Positions 52,087 through 64,000 of a stretch of 64,000 bases of DNA are shown one piece after another. The notes beneath the pieces were generated by a model. That model did no database searches. It saw nothing but the letters and a program-made list of their open reading frames with translations, and had not been told where the DNA came from. The DNA comes from Spizellomyces punctatus DAOM BR117 (taxonomy: Eukaryota), in the NCBI GenBank assembly GCA_000182565.2, contig KQ257460.1; one strand, written 5' to 3'. Position 1 is the first letter of the stretch. Each line of letters begins with the position of its first letter. A program made the translations under genes and the position numbers.

Positions 52087-52510
52087 CTGCCAACTCCTTG
52101 CCTCTGTTCCGGACTCTGATAACACCGTCCATTTTCTGTGATTTTTCTTTCTTTGTAATGATGTATCTATGTAAATGTTTCTCTGCAACGTCGCTTTAAC
52201 ATGAGGACAGTAACTGGTCCACTTGATCAGAGCGAAAGCGTTCATAGTTGAAGTCCAAATGTTCGGACACACATCCATAGCTGCAAGCATATTCATTTAT
52301 CCTTTTTAGGATGTCCGTCCATCTCGGACACGAATTTCACATTTTGAGGACCTCGAGCAGATATCTATTCCTCCGTTCCCGTCCAGCATCTGTCCTACGC
52401 ACCCGGCAAAGAACTTGTGCTAGGGATTGTGCGGCCACACATAGCTCGTGTATCTGCCACTCCGTTCAAAAGAAACACTTGTACCATTAAGAAATCGTGA
52501 GCAAGACCAA

Positions 52511-55500
52511 ATGGTAAGGCACCTTGCTCAGTGGGTTATCGCTTCATTCTGCCCTAGTTACTGCCGTAGCGTCTTACCGTTTCTTTCCGAATATTAATCA
52601 GGTTGACAGAAAACGTCCTCGTGCAACCTCTCCTGCACCAGATGCTCGGGCCAGTTCTCCGGGACTTGACGACCCTGGAAGGGAAAGGGAATCAAGTCTG
52701 CCACCCTTTGAAGAGGCCGAGGTAGAAGAAGAGGCTATAATTGATGATGTTCTTGACATGGTGGACGAGGAAGAGGAGGATGGGGACGGGGAAGATCTGT
52801 TTGGGGACAATGTCGACAAGTATGCTTTGCGATACGAGCGGCGGCCGAGCAAAACGTCGATCATGTGTCCTTACTTAACTTGTCTTTTAGCGACTATCGC
52901 GAGAATATTCGATTGGATCGATATGAGATTGACGAAGAACTGGAGAATGAGGACTTTGAACAGATGGATATGGAAACACGGCGGCTTGTCGAGGCAAAGT
53001 TGCGTCGAAGGGACCGAGAAGAGGCACGGCGGGATGGAAGGCTTCCAGCTGCATATATGGACGAAGGTGGGGATCTAACCATAAGATGAAATTTCTGATA
53101 TTTCGTCTCTTCTGACCGTTCTGACTCGCCCTAGACGACGACGATTTGGAAGGGCCTATGCCAATACGTCGACGAAGGAGACAGAATATTGATCCTGATT
53201 TGCAGTTGGATCTGGACGGCGATGTAAGAGTCACGCTGTACCGCACTCGGAAGTCATAATCTAATTTGCTTCGCAGATGGAGGTGCCAGCTGACATTGGT
53301 GATGTTAGAGGGCCTTTGAACGAATGGGTGGTTATGGAAGGCCCTCGGCAAACAATCAAACGTGAATTTCATCACTTTTTGACCTCCTTTGTCAATGAAA
53401 ATGGGGAATCTGTCTACGGAGAAAGGATCAAAGCCATGTGTGAAGGTATTCTGAGGGCCTGTGGAACGTTCATGTGTTCAATGAACTGATCTGGTTTCGC
53501 ATAAGCCAATGGAGAGTCTCTGGAAGTTAGTTATCTGCATTTAGCTGAAACGAAAGCAAACCTTGCGTTTTACGTTGCCAATGCACCCGCCGAAGTCCTC
53601 AAAATCTTTGATGTTGTGGCTCTGGAAGTTGTTCTCTCCGGGTTTGAAGAATATGACCAAATCAAAAGTGAAATTCATGTTCGGATAACGGACCTGCCTG
53701 TGTGCGAGACTTTGAGGGACCTCAGGCAAAGTCACCTGAATACATTGGTCAGAGTAACGGGGGTGGTGACTAGACGAACAGGAGTGTTCCCTCAGCTCAA
53801 GTACGTCAAGTACGATTGCGTCAAGTGTGGTGCGGTGATCGGACCTTATTATCAAGATGCAAATACCGAGATACGAGTGGGTAACTGCCCGAATTGTCAA
53901 TCCAAAGGGCCGTTTAACGTTAACAGCGTAGAGGTCAGTGCAACTCCTGTCAGGCTCACCTTGGGTCCCATCCTAAACCTCTGTCCACAGACCGTATATC
54001 GGAACTATCAACGTATGACGTTGCAGGAAACACCCGGCTCTGTGCCAGCCGGGCGGTTGCCAAGGCACAAAGATGTAATATGTTTATGGGACTTGGTGGA
54101 TTATGCGCGGCCCGGAGAAGAAGTGGTATGGGTTGGTTATCGGTATGAGGGAGACGCTGAACGTTCTAGTAATGCATCTCCTTTCTAGGAGGTCACTGGT
54201 ATCTACCGAAACAATTTTGATGTATCCTTGAACACGCGCAACGGCTTTCCTGTTTTTGCAACCGTGATTGAGACAAATCATATCAGCAAAAAAGAGGACG
54301 CGTTTGCAAGCTTCCGTTTGACTGAAGATGATCAGAAGAGCATTCGTGCTTTGTCGAAGGATCCACGTATTTTGACCAGGGTACCTTCGTTCACTATGTC
54401 TAGTTGGGTCGTGCGGCGATCTTACCGGTAACGCTTTTAGATCATAAAGTCAATCGCACCATCTATATATGGCCACGAAGACATTAAAACCGCCCTGGCA
54501 TTGGCCATGTTTGGTGGTGTATTCAAAAATCCCCAAGGAAAGCATCGCCTCCGTGGGGATATCAACGTTCTCCTGCTCGGTGACCCCGGTACAGCCAAAT
54601 CGCAATTCTTAAAGTATGCTGAAAAGACTGCACATCGTGCGGTATACACTACTGGGCAAGGTGCATCCGCCGTCGGACTGACAGCTTCCGTGCATAAGGA
54701 TGCTGTCACCAAGGAATGGACCCTGGAGGGTGGTGCACTTGTCATGGCAGATAAAGGCGTTTGTTTGATTGATGAGTTTGATAAGATGAATGATCAGGAC
54801 CGGTGAGTCAATACATCCCCCCCGCCAGTCTTTCGTCTCTCTTCGACGGCCCGATCCCTGAAACCAGATATTACCCTTATTCAGGACTTCTATCCACGAA
54901 GCAATGGAGCAGCAGAGTATCTCCATATCCAAGGCTGGTATCGTCACTACTTTGCAGGCGCGGTGTGCTGTAATTGCTGCCGCAAATCCTATCCGCGGTC
55001 GTTACAACACGCAGATTCCATTTTCACAAAATGTGGAGCTCACGGAACCCATTCTGTCGCGTTTTGATGTACTTTGTGTGGTCAAGGATGTAGCAGATCC
55101 CGTAGTTGACGAGCGATTGGCTCAGTTCGTTGTGAACAGTCATATTCGCAGCCACCCTCTGTATAAGGAGGAGGAGGGTTCAGAATCATTGGCACCTCCA
55201 GTTGACGAAGATGTAAGCCTGAAGTTTGTTTGAAGCCTGCAACAATGTGCAATGGAAGCTGATGTTCCGTCTGATCACTTTGATTTGGTCTAGATTATCC
55301 CACAAGACCTTTTGCGAAAATACATCATGTATGCCCGTGATAAGGTCTACCCTCGTATTGCAGATATTGATCACCACAAGCTGGAAAAACTCTATTCTGA
55401 ACTCCGGCGGGAATCCATGGTATGTGAAATTGCGGCCAAGGAAGGTCCTAAACAAACAATTTCGCATTAGCTTACATTCGTCTGTTGAAGATGACTGGAG

Positions 55501-55998
55501 GTATTCCGATCACAGTCCGTTATCTTGAATCAATCATCCGTATGTCGGAAGCATTTGCGCGGATGCATCTGCGCGACTTTGTGCGACAAGATGATGTTGA
55601 TCGAGCTATTTCCGTCACTATAAAGAGCTTCATCAGCTCGCAAAAGTACTCTGTTAAGAAGCAAATGGAAAAGGTATCCTCTAATATCATTGCTGATTGT
55701 TTTTTCGACCTCTCTAAGCGCATTGGTGTTCTAGGCATTTGACAAGTATCTCTCAAGAGATCGCGACTTTTTCGAGCTCCTTCATCACATCCTATCCGAG
55801 ATTGTTGCCGAGCACATTCGCTTCAGCTACTTCCGGCGGGATACAATGCCTGACGACGTCGAAATTGATGCGGAAGAGTTGGAAATGCGTGCCAGGCAAC
55901 TTCGTATTCATGATCTGCAGCCTTACTATCAGAGTCGGCTGTTTAAACAAACTTTCAAATACGATAGTCGGAGAAAGAAGATATACAAGAAGCTGTAG
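52511..55998 (+). CDS. MCM2: DNA replication licensing factor MCM2, about 13 exons
   Basis: Acidic N-terminus with GEDLFGD, a C4 zinc finger (CVKC...CPNC), [22 protein letters not shown] and ITVRYLES. The first exon is ATG only, followed by GTAAGG at 52514. Confidence 0.97.
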
Positions 55999-56461
55999 GG
56001 CATTAGTGTAGTGCACAGTCGGTTCGGTAGGCGTGTACTTGAGGTGGATGATGGCAGTCTGCTGGTTTCTCATTATTCTTTACTTTATTTTTGAAATGTT
56101 TTTGTTGCTTCTTGCTGTACATTAGAATTGAGCTTGTTTGAACTTTTACCCCTTGGAGTCTGCAAAATCTTTTCAGTAATGCCATGGTACGGCCACGCAA
56201 TTTATTCGTTGAGCAAACAAGATATGGAATTATATTCTTGTTGCTTATCCCGTCGGATCAGAATGGTTGTGTTGTATGCATATTCTACCGATGAGAAGGA
56301 TATACATGTAAATAGCGCAACCTTCATCTACACGGAGAACTCGTTACAGTACAGCAGTAACTTGATAAGTATTCACAATATCAGCACATATACGACCAAA
56401 AAATACAGCTACATATATAGAAATCCCACCCTCACTTCATTCCTTCACTAGTACTCATCAC

Positions 56462-57483
56462 TTAATCCGTTTTCTTGCTGGGACCAGTGTTTGCAATGGG
56501 TTCCGCCGGCGGTGGTGGCATTCGTGCTAGCTCTCTCAGAAACCTTCGAAAAGTAAAAGTCAGCTGTTATGGCATGCTGAGTTTACGAGAGAGCACATAG
56601 CTTACCATTGAACAGAAAGGAAGAGGCAAATTGCAATGGCCATCAATGCGAGCACATGCATGTTGCCTCCCGTTGCCACCGCCAGAGCGGTGAGCGATAG
56701 GAATAGGCCAGCAAATGACAGATTCATAACGCCCTGAACTCGCGAATTGACACCGGGTGTAAAAATAGAGTTCCAGATCTCTTCCAAAATCCCAACATCA
56801 TGCGCAGGTTGCTGTTCTGTCGGCGGCTGGACGACATGGTGGCGGGCCTCGCGCAAGTCCTCGGCCATTTCATCCTCGATCTTGTCATAATTATTGCTAG
56901 TCAAACGAAGGGCTTCGGCTTCGTCTCCTTCATCGTCAGTAACTATTCCTGCGTCTTCATTTCCTTCGGAGCTATCCTTATCATCAGTTATAATACCACT
57001 GTCCGGAGCGAGCTTGGTTTGAAGGGTTTCGGTTGTTATTGGGTCAGGTACTTGTTGGTTGGGTTCAAGAGAAGACAAGTCCTGTGTCTTGTCAGCGGTT
57101 GGGTCCGTGCCGGGAGAAGAGAGCTCGGTAGACGTCGCTACAGGCTCTGCCGCTGCTGCGGGGCTTGCGGGTGCATCACCGGTAGGATCGCCTTGAAGAA
57201 CTGCCGCTTTTGACAATTGTTCCAATGGCGGAGAGTGAGGTGCAGAGACACTCAAAGCATCCACCAACAATAGTATTTTGGCACCGTCATATAGCGTCTT
57301 GGAGGTTTTTGATTCTGTTGCATCGACGTCTTTGTCGTCGTCCGCAACAAGCGGCGGAATATCATCTTGTTGCTCGAGAGGACTTTCATCCAAGTCCTCT
57401 TCGCTGGGCTTCTCAACGACGACTATGGACTCGGAATCTGTGTCCGTGGCGGAGAGCTGTTCCGATTGCGTTTCGGCTGCCAT
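56462..57483 (-). CDS. PKR1: PKR1-family V-ATPase assembly factor domain with a long acidic N-terminal extension
   Basis: EIWNSIFTPGVN, two TMs with NMH between them, then SVQW/FLRELAR across an intron at about 56544-56605. This is the PKR1 pattern. Confidence 0.7.
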
Positions 57484-57641
57484 GTAGAATTGCAGTTGAG
57501 AGATCAAGCAGCAGCGTGTTTTCACGCTCAGAACTGCTGTGGAAAGGCAGCACAGCACATGACGTAAGGTCGTTTGGACACCCTGCGGAGATTGGCTTTT
57601 GGGGAGGTCTTTTGCAGCGTCCAACCAACAACTTTTCTGCT

Positions 57642-58365
57642 ATGTTTTTCCTGAGATCACTCAACTGCGTATCCCAGCATGGTGCATCGTCTATGCCGAT
57701 GATTGTAGCACCTCCAACGGCTCAGCATACGGGCTTCTTCCATCGCATCGCTCAGATCTATCGGTTTTTTATCAACTCTGTTAGGTTAATTCGCTTAAGT
57801 TTTCACGCGGGAGTGGGGATTTTGAGTACTTCATTGAAGACTTTTTTCAGTCCGTTGACATTGGAGGTTGATAATGCACGACATTTGGGTACGTTAGATA
57901 CGTCCAATCTCACATATGTATGGTATTCTAGCAAGTCCGACGTCGAATACACTTCATTCGTATCCCTGCAAGATATCTCGAGACATTTCTTCGAATTCCA
58001 TTCATCAATTATCGCCTTGGCTTGAGTACACTGCTTCCCCCGGTCGTGGGTACCGCGATAACCATAGCGGTTGCGGCGTATCCAGTAGTTCTCGCGTCAC
58101 AAGTTCCAGATCTCCCGTCTGATGTAATGGGCAGAATGGTCTTTAACATGGCTTTGGGAGGGATATTGAGTATGATGCCGCTGGTTGGCGGACTCTTGAC
58201 CAACGTATGGCGACCGAGTTCGAGAAATCTCAGGTAGCGCTCCGTCTTGTTTATATTTCTGATATGTGAAATATGGTGTTTTAACATATCTCTCCCATAA
58301 GGCTTCTGGAAAAGTCTTTAAAAAGGATCAAAAACGCACCAACTGCTTCCTCGAGCAATATCTGA
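57642..58365 (+). CDS. DUF4112 domain membrane protein, 3 exons
   Basis: Spliced reading (introns about 57867-57931 and 58234-58301): ARYLETFLRIPFINYRLGLSTLLPPVVGTAI...MGRMVFNMALGGILSMMPLVG...SRNLRLLEKSL, which fits the DUF4112 consensus. The start is uncertain (57642 or 57693). Confidence 0.65.
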
Positions 58366-58827
58366 TCCCGATTGCCCAAGCAGCCGAGGGCGACACATTC
58401 TGGGAGGAAAAATTGATAGCTGGGATTGACACAGAGCGCTGTCGAAAACTGCCTAATGTCTACGTCAATGTACTTGTACAATAAATTCTTCCTTAGCGAT
58501 GTTTCTTTTGCAAGTTGGATTCAGTCTTTTACATCATTCCAAGTTCCGACTTTGCGCCAAGAAATGCAAGAAATGCGGTGTGCCATGATGCCATCTTATC
58601 AGATGCCGGAGAGGGAGACAGCCAAGCATCTTGATGGGAAGCCGCGGTCATCTACATGTGCAGTGCTCTCGTCCAGCACCTTTCCAGAAGAAGCTGGGTA
58701 ATCGATCGACAGGGCAAAACTGTGCCACATGCGCGTAGCCGCCTTACATGATCAGTTTCGTTCGAACGCTCTAACATAAAAACCCCATTCCTACTTTCAA
58801 CCCCTAGTCCAATTTCCAGTTTGCGCA

Positions 58828-61041
58828 ATGCCGTCCGTTGCCTACGTTGTCACATGTATCATAGCCTTCTTGACAGATCTTACAGGCACAGTCGGGAACT
58901 ACATCTCACTGGTAGGGTCTTTATTTATGTTTATTTATCATGCTACTAACCTTTTCGTTTTCGTACGCTATTCTCAAGGGAATTTCATTGTTGAACAACC
59001 TCCCCTGGTCTCCTTTTTATCCTTCCAAAAGCAACCGGCCCCAAGCTAATGCACCCCGCGTGGCGATTATAGGCGCTGGTGAGCGCGACTCGGGATGTTG
59101 TTATTTCCTGCTTCCTCTGAAATATATGCTCTAGGTCTCAATGGTATAGGCGCTGCCGCAGCCTGTCTAGCGTCCGGTGTGGAAGTAGTTATTTTTGAAG
59201 CGTCCGACCAAATTGGCGGAGTCTGGTCTAGGTAGGCTCGCCAACTAGCGACGAACGATCTGGACTTGCTGCTTGGAAACAATGGCTTATACCTAGCAAC
59301 TCCTTGAAAGAGTCAATGAGACGTCGTCACTTCAGTTTCCCTCTCTTTTCTACCGCTTCCATCCCCTGGTCGGCTTCCGGACGCAGTTCCCGAAACGTGA
59401 TGAAATTCTTGACGAGGCAAAGGTAGTAGGCGCTTTATATTATTGAAAGTTCATGCAAGGCTAATTTTCGTACCTTTAGCGTATATACCGGCTATACGAT
59501 CTCCATAAGCGCACTCGGTTCAACATACGTGTGAGGAAGGTGACTCCGAGCTCTAATTCGACATGGGATGTGGACGGTGAAACATTTGATGGAGTTATCT
59601 CCGCAGTCGGAACCTGCGGGCCGGAAAACATCCCTGTCTGGGAAGGGCTTTCCTCTTTTGCAGGCACCAAAGTTCACTCAGCGAAAATGGACACTTTGCA
59701 GATACCTTTGCAGATACCAAAAGGAGGGTTGAAATACGTGGTGATAGGATCAGGAGCGTCTGCGGTTGAGTTTGTTGACTACATTCTCAACAAGATTGGT
59801 CCTGATAATGAGGGGATGCTTGGATTTGGACCAGAGAAAATTGAAGTTACGGTTTTGGCAAGACATGACAAGTGGATGTACGTTGTGATACATAAAATCG
59901 CTAAATTGTTCGGAACGAATGCTAAATTTGACACCTTGATGAAGGATGCCGCGTGAGCCCGTCATTGCCTGGCTATCTTCCGTACTTCCAGTTGACTTTG
60001 GTTACCTTTATGAGGGTTTCCTACGCCGCTTTTGGTACGGTCATGAGCTTCGAGGAATGACTCCCAAACGGCCCTTTTACGCCTCAACGCCCTGTCTCAA
60101 CCCGAGATTCCTGCAGCTCATTCGCACTGGCAAAATCCGATACGTCCGTGGTCACATAGAAGCGTTTGATACAACGGGTGTGAACGTGAGCGTGGAGTGG
60201 GACTCCCGAAGCATGATTGGGAAAGACTCCCTCTTGCCCAATCAAAGACGCACAGTGCATTTGTCATCCGATGTTGTTTGCTGCGCTACTGGTTTCAAGC
60301 ATCCCGAGCTGACATTCATCGACCGGAAAGTCTGGCAAGGGTCAAATTCGAACGACGAGTACAAGCCCCCACATTTGCATCTCTTGATGTCTTCGCCAAG
60401 TTATCCAACCCTTTGCTTCCTCAATCATGTAATTGGTATTACGACCATTGCAAGGCGGCCATACACGAGATTTTAATGATTTGGCTTTGCAGACGTACGT
60501 GGATGGTGTGGCCACAGCGGCAGCATTCCACACAGGAATGGTCACCCGTACCATGCTTATGTACTTGCTAGATACTTCCACCCGCCCAAGCACAAAGGAG
60601 GCAGCAGATTGGATATCACAGAGAACAGCAGCAATATCCCAAAAAGAGACCTCGGCGCGACATTATGGCCTGTTCCCAACAGGTAACCGCCACAAGAGTT
60701 CAGGCGGTTACGATCGTTGGAAGGAAGAGGGGCTGAGATTCAGTGAGTATGTTTGTTTATGTCTGTAGCTATTCGAAAGGGCTTATTATCTCCTTTCAGT
60801 GACCTACGGCGAATTTTGCTTTTGGCTAATCGCAAGCTTGGCAACGGTCAATCGTTGGCATTGGCTTCCCTACATACTCGGATGGCAAAGCAGCAAGGGA
60901 TCAGCAGCAGCGCGAGACTATGTGCGTCCAAGCTCTACGGTTGCATTAAAACTGTTGCCGACTAGTGAGTTCCTGAGTCCAACGGACACGGTACAGGCGG
61001 ATCTCAAAAGGAGAGGAATTTCGACCATCCTTGCTGCTTAA
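58828..61041 (+). CDS. Flavin-containing monooxygenase-like (FAD/NAD(P)-binding) protein, multi-exon
   Basis: VAIIGAG/LNG, FEASDQIGGVW, FAGTKVHS (FxGxxxHS), VVIGSGASA and CCATGF. Confidence 0.9.
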
Positions 61042-61132
61042 ACAAGGGACATCTCATGTTGCATACATACATGAAAAGAATGATTTGGTACTGAATAATG
61101 ATCTCAATAAATATCTACATCGTTAAGGAACA

Positions 61133-64000
61133 CTAAATGTGTGGCTCTGTGCTGGCAGTGTCATTGAGCTGTAGTTTCCTCGTTAGCACCGGCAAATTGC
61201 CCTGATCATTCTTGATCAATGAATACTTCAAGTGCCGCGGTGCTTTCACTGCATTGATATCACACAGCACGCTTATAGACATTGGTCTTCCGCCAATTCC
61301 ATTCATAGACACCCACTTGCACGATTCCAGCCGACCTGCCGCTATCCGACACCTGAAATAATAGGTCAGACAGGGATATCATCTCTTGGCCAACCCCAGC
61401 ATCTCCTTGTAAGTATCATCTGCGTGCACGCCAGCCCACAGTGGTCCTCGCTCCTGGCACAAGCTCATGCTTTCCACAAAGTACTCTTTCAAAAATGCGG
61501 GATCGAGGTCCATCTTGGAAAGAATCTCACGACAAGATCTATCTGGCCCTTCCTCCGTCTGAAGTTTCAACCGTGGAGTCTTAGTTTTGCGAATGTAGGT
61601 GGGAGGTGGAGGTCCCATTTTATGTACGTCGACAGCGGAGTGTGGTGGATTTACACCATCGTGCGAAGTAGTAGATGGGTTGCCCTTGCGCGCGGAGGTC
61701 GATGGCTGACGTGGTCGCTTGGTATTCGTAGGCGGATGATACTCCATATCGATCTCTTCTTCCGGCACCGGTGCCCAGATGGTTGGTGGGAGTTGGGGTA
61801 CTTTTCGGCCACTTTTAGTCTTCAGCCACAGGAGGATGAATATTCCCTTTCATACAAATAGTGCAGATGAGGACCAAACACGCACCTGTACCATCTTCCT
61901 TTTGGCGGTAGTGGGTGTCGTAGCGCTTGGTGATATCATCGCCTCCGTTTTGATCGACTTCCGTCGTGATGATCGTGGTTCCAACGCCAAGTCAGAAGAT
62001 TTCACTTTCTTGGATGGGGTGATCGCAGACAGTACTTCTTCCGCAACTCTTTTTACGCCTCTTCGGATTTTTCCAACAATGTCTCGTTTGAACAGAGCCT
62101 GAATCCGAAAGGAAATGTCAATAAAAGCAGAGTCTAGCACAGTCAAACAAGGCCTTTACCGGAGGAGGCTCCACTACGAATTTGTTATCCTTGAACATGG
62201 GACCAGTTGGGTACTGCTTATCGTAAACAAGAACATTAGAATGTCGGTGTTCTAAATAGTGCCCTTGTTCACACACGAAGATAATGTCTCCGGTAGGAAT
62301 GGGGAACGGAATTGGTTTGCTGCTGTCCCATCGTTTGAGGCAGTTCAAGCAGTTGCAGTTGTGATTGCATTTCGGGCATACCCAGTTTCGGTCCTAGATT
62401 ACACCACAATGAAAAGCCCTTTCAGTGGACGGTAAAAACTACATGTTGGGTCAGCAATCATACCTTTTTGACATCAAAGAGCCGGAGACCAAATCTGTTC
62501 CAGAGACACCGCGCACAGTAAGGTGTTCCGCAAGCGTCAGACGCGAAAGTCCTGCAATCAGGTTCCACCGGTAAGCTGAAGTTGCACAAAGGTCTTTCCT
62601 GTACACTCTCAATCTCACCATGGAGGCGACCCCACCGAAGAACGACAAGCGTGACAGCATTTTGATCTGGCATGCTCTCTCTACTTGACCAAAGGGATTA
62701 GCATGCCTAATGAAACCATTCAATGCAGACTACACGAACCCCAGTGCGGAAAAGATATATATGATATGCGATAGTGGCGGTTGGCAGAACATTGCTCGAG
62801 CCATTAAAGATCCTAACCAAATATGGTAAGGTACAAACGATTCCAAACGGAGGCTCTGAGCGGAGGTAGCAACTCACCCCTCTATCCACTCTTTGGAGAG
62901 ATGCCCTTCGGGTGATTTACAAATGCGATTGTACGCTTTTACAGCTTCCTCCAATTGGCTCTTCAATGTTTGCATAGGGAGATACTGATGAAAGGTCATG
63001 GCCTTTTCGTGAGGGCAACTCCGACCACGTGCGTAACACCCCAGACATATATCAAACTCGTCTTCTAGCTCAATTTGGGAGCGGTTCTCCTGCTCATTTT
63101 TCCCAACAATCGTAGCTGTGGAAGAATTTGACTCCTTCATTGATATCGCTGGAGTGGACGTCGGAGCCCTGTTTTCAGTGCTAACTTGCTTGACAGTGCT
63201 GCTGTTGTCTACTTGGCCATTCCCAACAAAGGAGGTACCGTTAGCATTTGGCTCGTCAGGTTTCTTGTTACGGTCCCTGCGGACCCGCTGTATCCTAGGC
63301 TCGCCATGACTAGATGCTGTAGCGTCATCGTTCTCTGGTATTGGCGGAAGTGGGCTGTTGTTGGCTTCAGCTTGTTCGCTACCGTTGGTGACTTCCAGTG
63401 TAGAATTCTTGGCCGTTAACAGGCCTTCCTGCGCGACTGTGCCATTTCGATTGGCCTTCCTGGGTGATGTTGAAGGTGCATGACTTTGCGAATCGCTTTC
63501 CATAGGACTGAAGATCTGGCCAAACGGGTTACCCTTGATTGGTTCGATTATTCCCGTTTGAGCTCTCTTTCTGTTCATCAAAATATGCTCGATATCCACA
63601 GTCTGAACTTCAGATCTTCGTGCATTTTGCGGAAGAGCAGAGGCAACCTCTTCCCCCTTTCCGGATACGTCAGGTAGGTGAGCACATTTTATACAGGTAA
63701 AGCCCCGATTCCAAATGTCTGCTCGACAAAAATCACATGTCCGAGAATGCGGTTGATCTGCATCGCTCCACCGGGTTGGTAGATGTTCAGGCGACCCCTC
63801 TATCCATTCCTCCTTCACCACGGCGGCAAAGCACTCGATTACAGATCTAAAGTCCTCAACAGATCTTTCGTCAGGTCCGTTTTGCATGTCCACAGCTTTT
63901 TTTGTCATCGAGAGCAAAGTATTGTGTACGAGTGCTTTGATACGATATATCTCAGGCCGCATGTGCGCCTGATATTCGGCAAGAACTCGATCCACGCATC
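61133..64000 (-). CDS. 3' part of a Cys-rich chromatin protein with a zf-4CXXC_R1-type finger (fungal JmjC/DMM-1-like architecture); 5' end lies outside the window
   Basis: CDFCRADIWNRGFTCIKC and DICLGCYARGRSC. Spliced CCHAC...CGTPYCARCLWNRFG...WVCPKCNHNCNCLNCLK. The 3' end is approximate. Confidence 0.75.

Overview
Eukaryotic (fungal) genomic DNA with short GT-AG introns, mostly 60-90 nt. The gene set and intron style suggest an early-diverging fungus such as a chytrid (inference). The right part (about 38.7-64 kb) is mainly housekeeping: a GT61 glycosyltransferase, ATP2, a TKL/LISK-type kinase with a C1 domain, ADE6, MCM2, a PKR1-like gene, a DUF4112 gene, a flavin monooxygenase and a zf-4CXXC_R1 chromatin protein. 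The left part (about 1-38 kb) looks accessory. It holds two decaying F-box/ankyrin paralogs, several other decayed ORFs, a DUF938 methyltransferase, a 7TM-like protein and an intronless 814-aa orphan. The most interesting item is a compact, intron-poor module of three very large uncharacterised genes (20.3-34.8 kb). Gene A is about 1332 aa and gene B about 1000 aa. Gene C is about 2144 aa, with a ComEC-type metallo-beta-lactamase (nuclease-like) domain, a basic NLS-like linker, a long amphipathic beta-strand region and a C-terminal DUF6603-like domain. I propose this trio as a candidate bacterially derived effector-delivery or conflict system. There is a 290-N assembly gap at 27906-28195.
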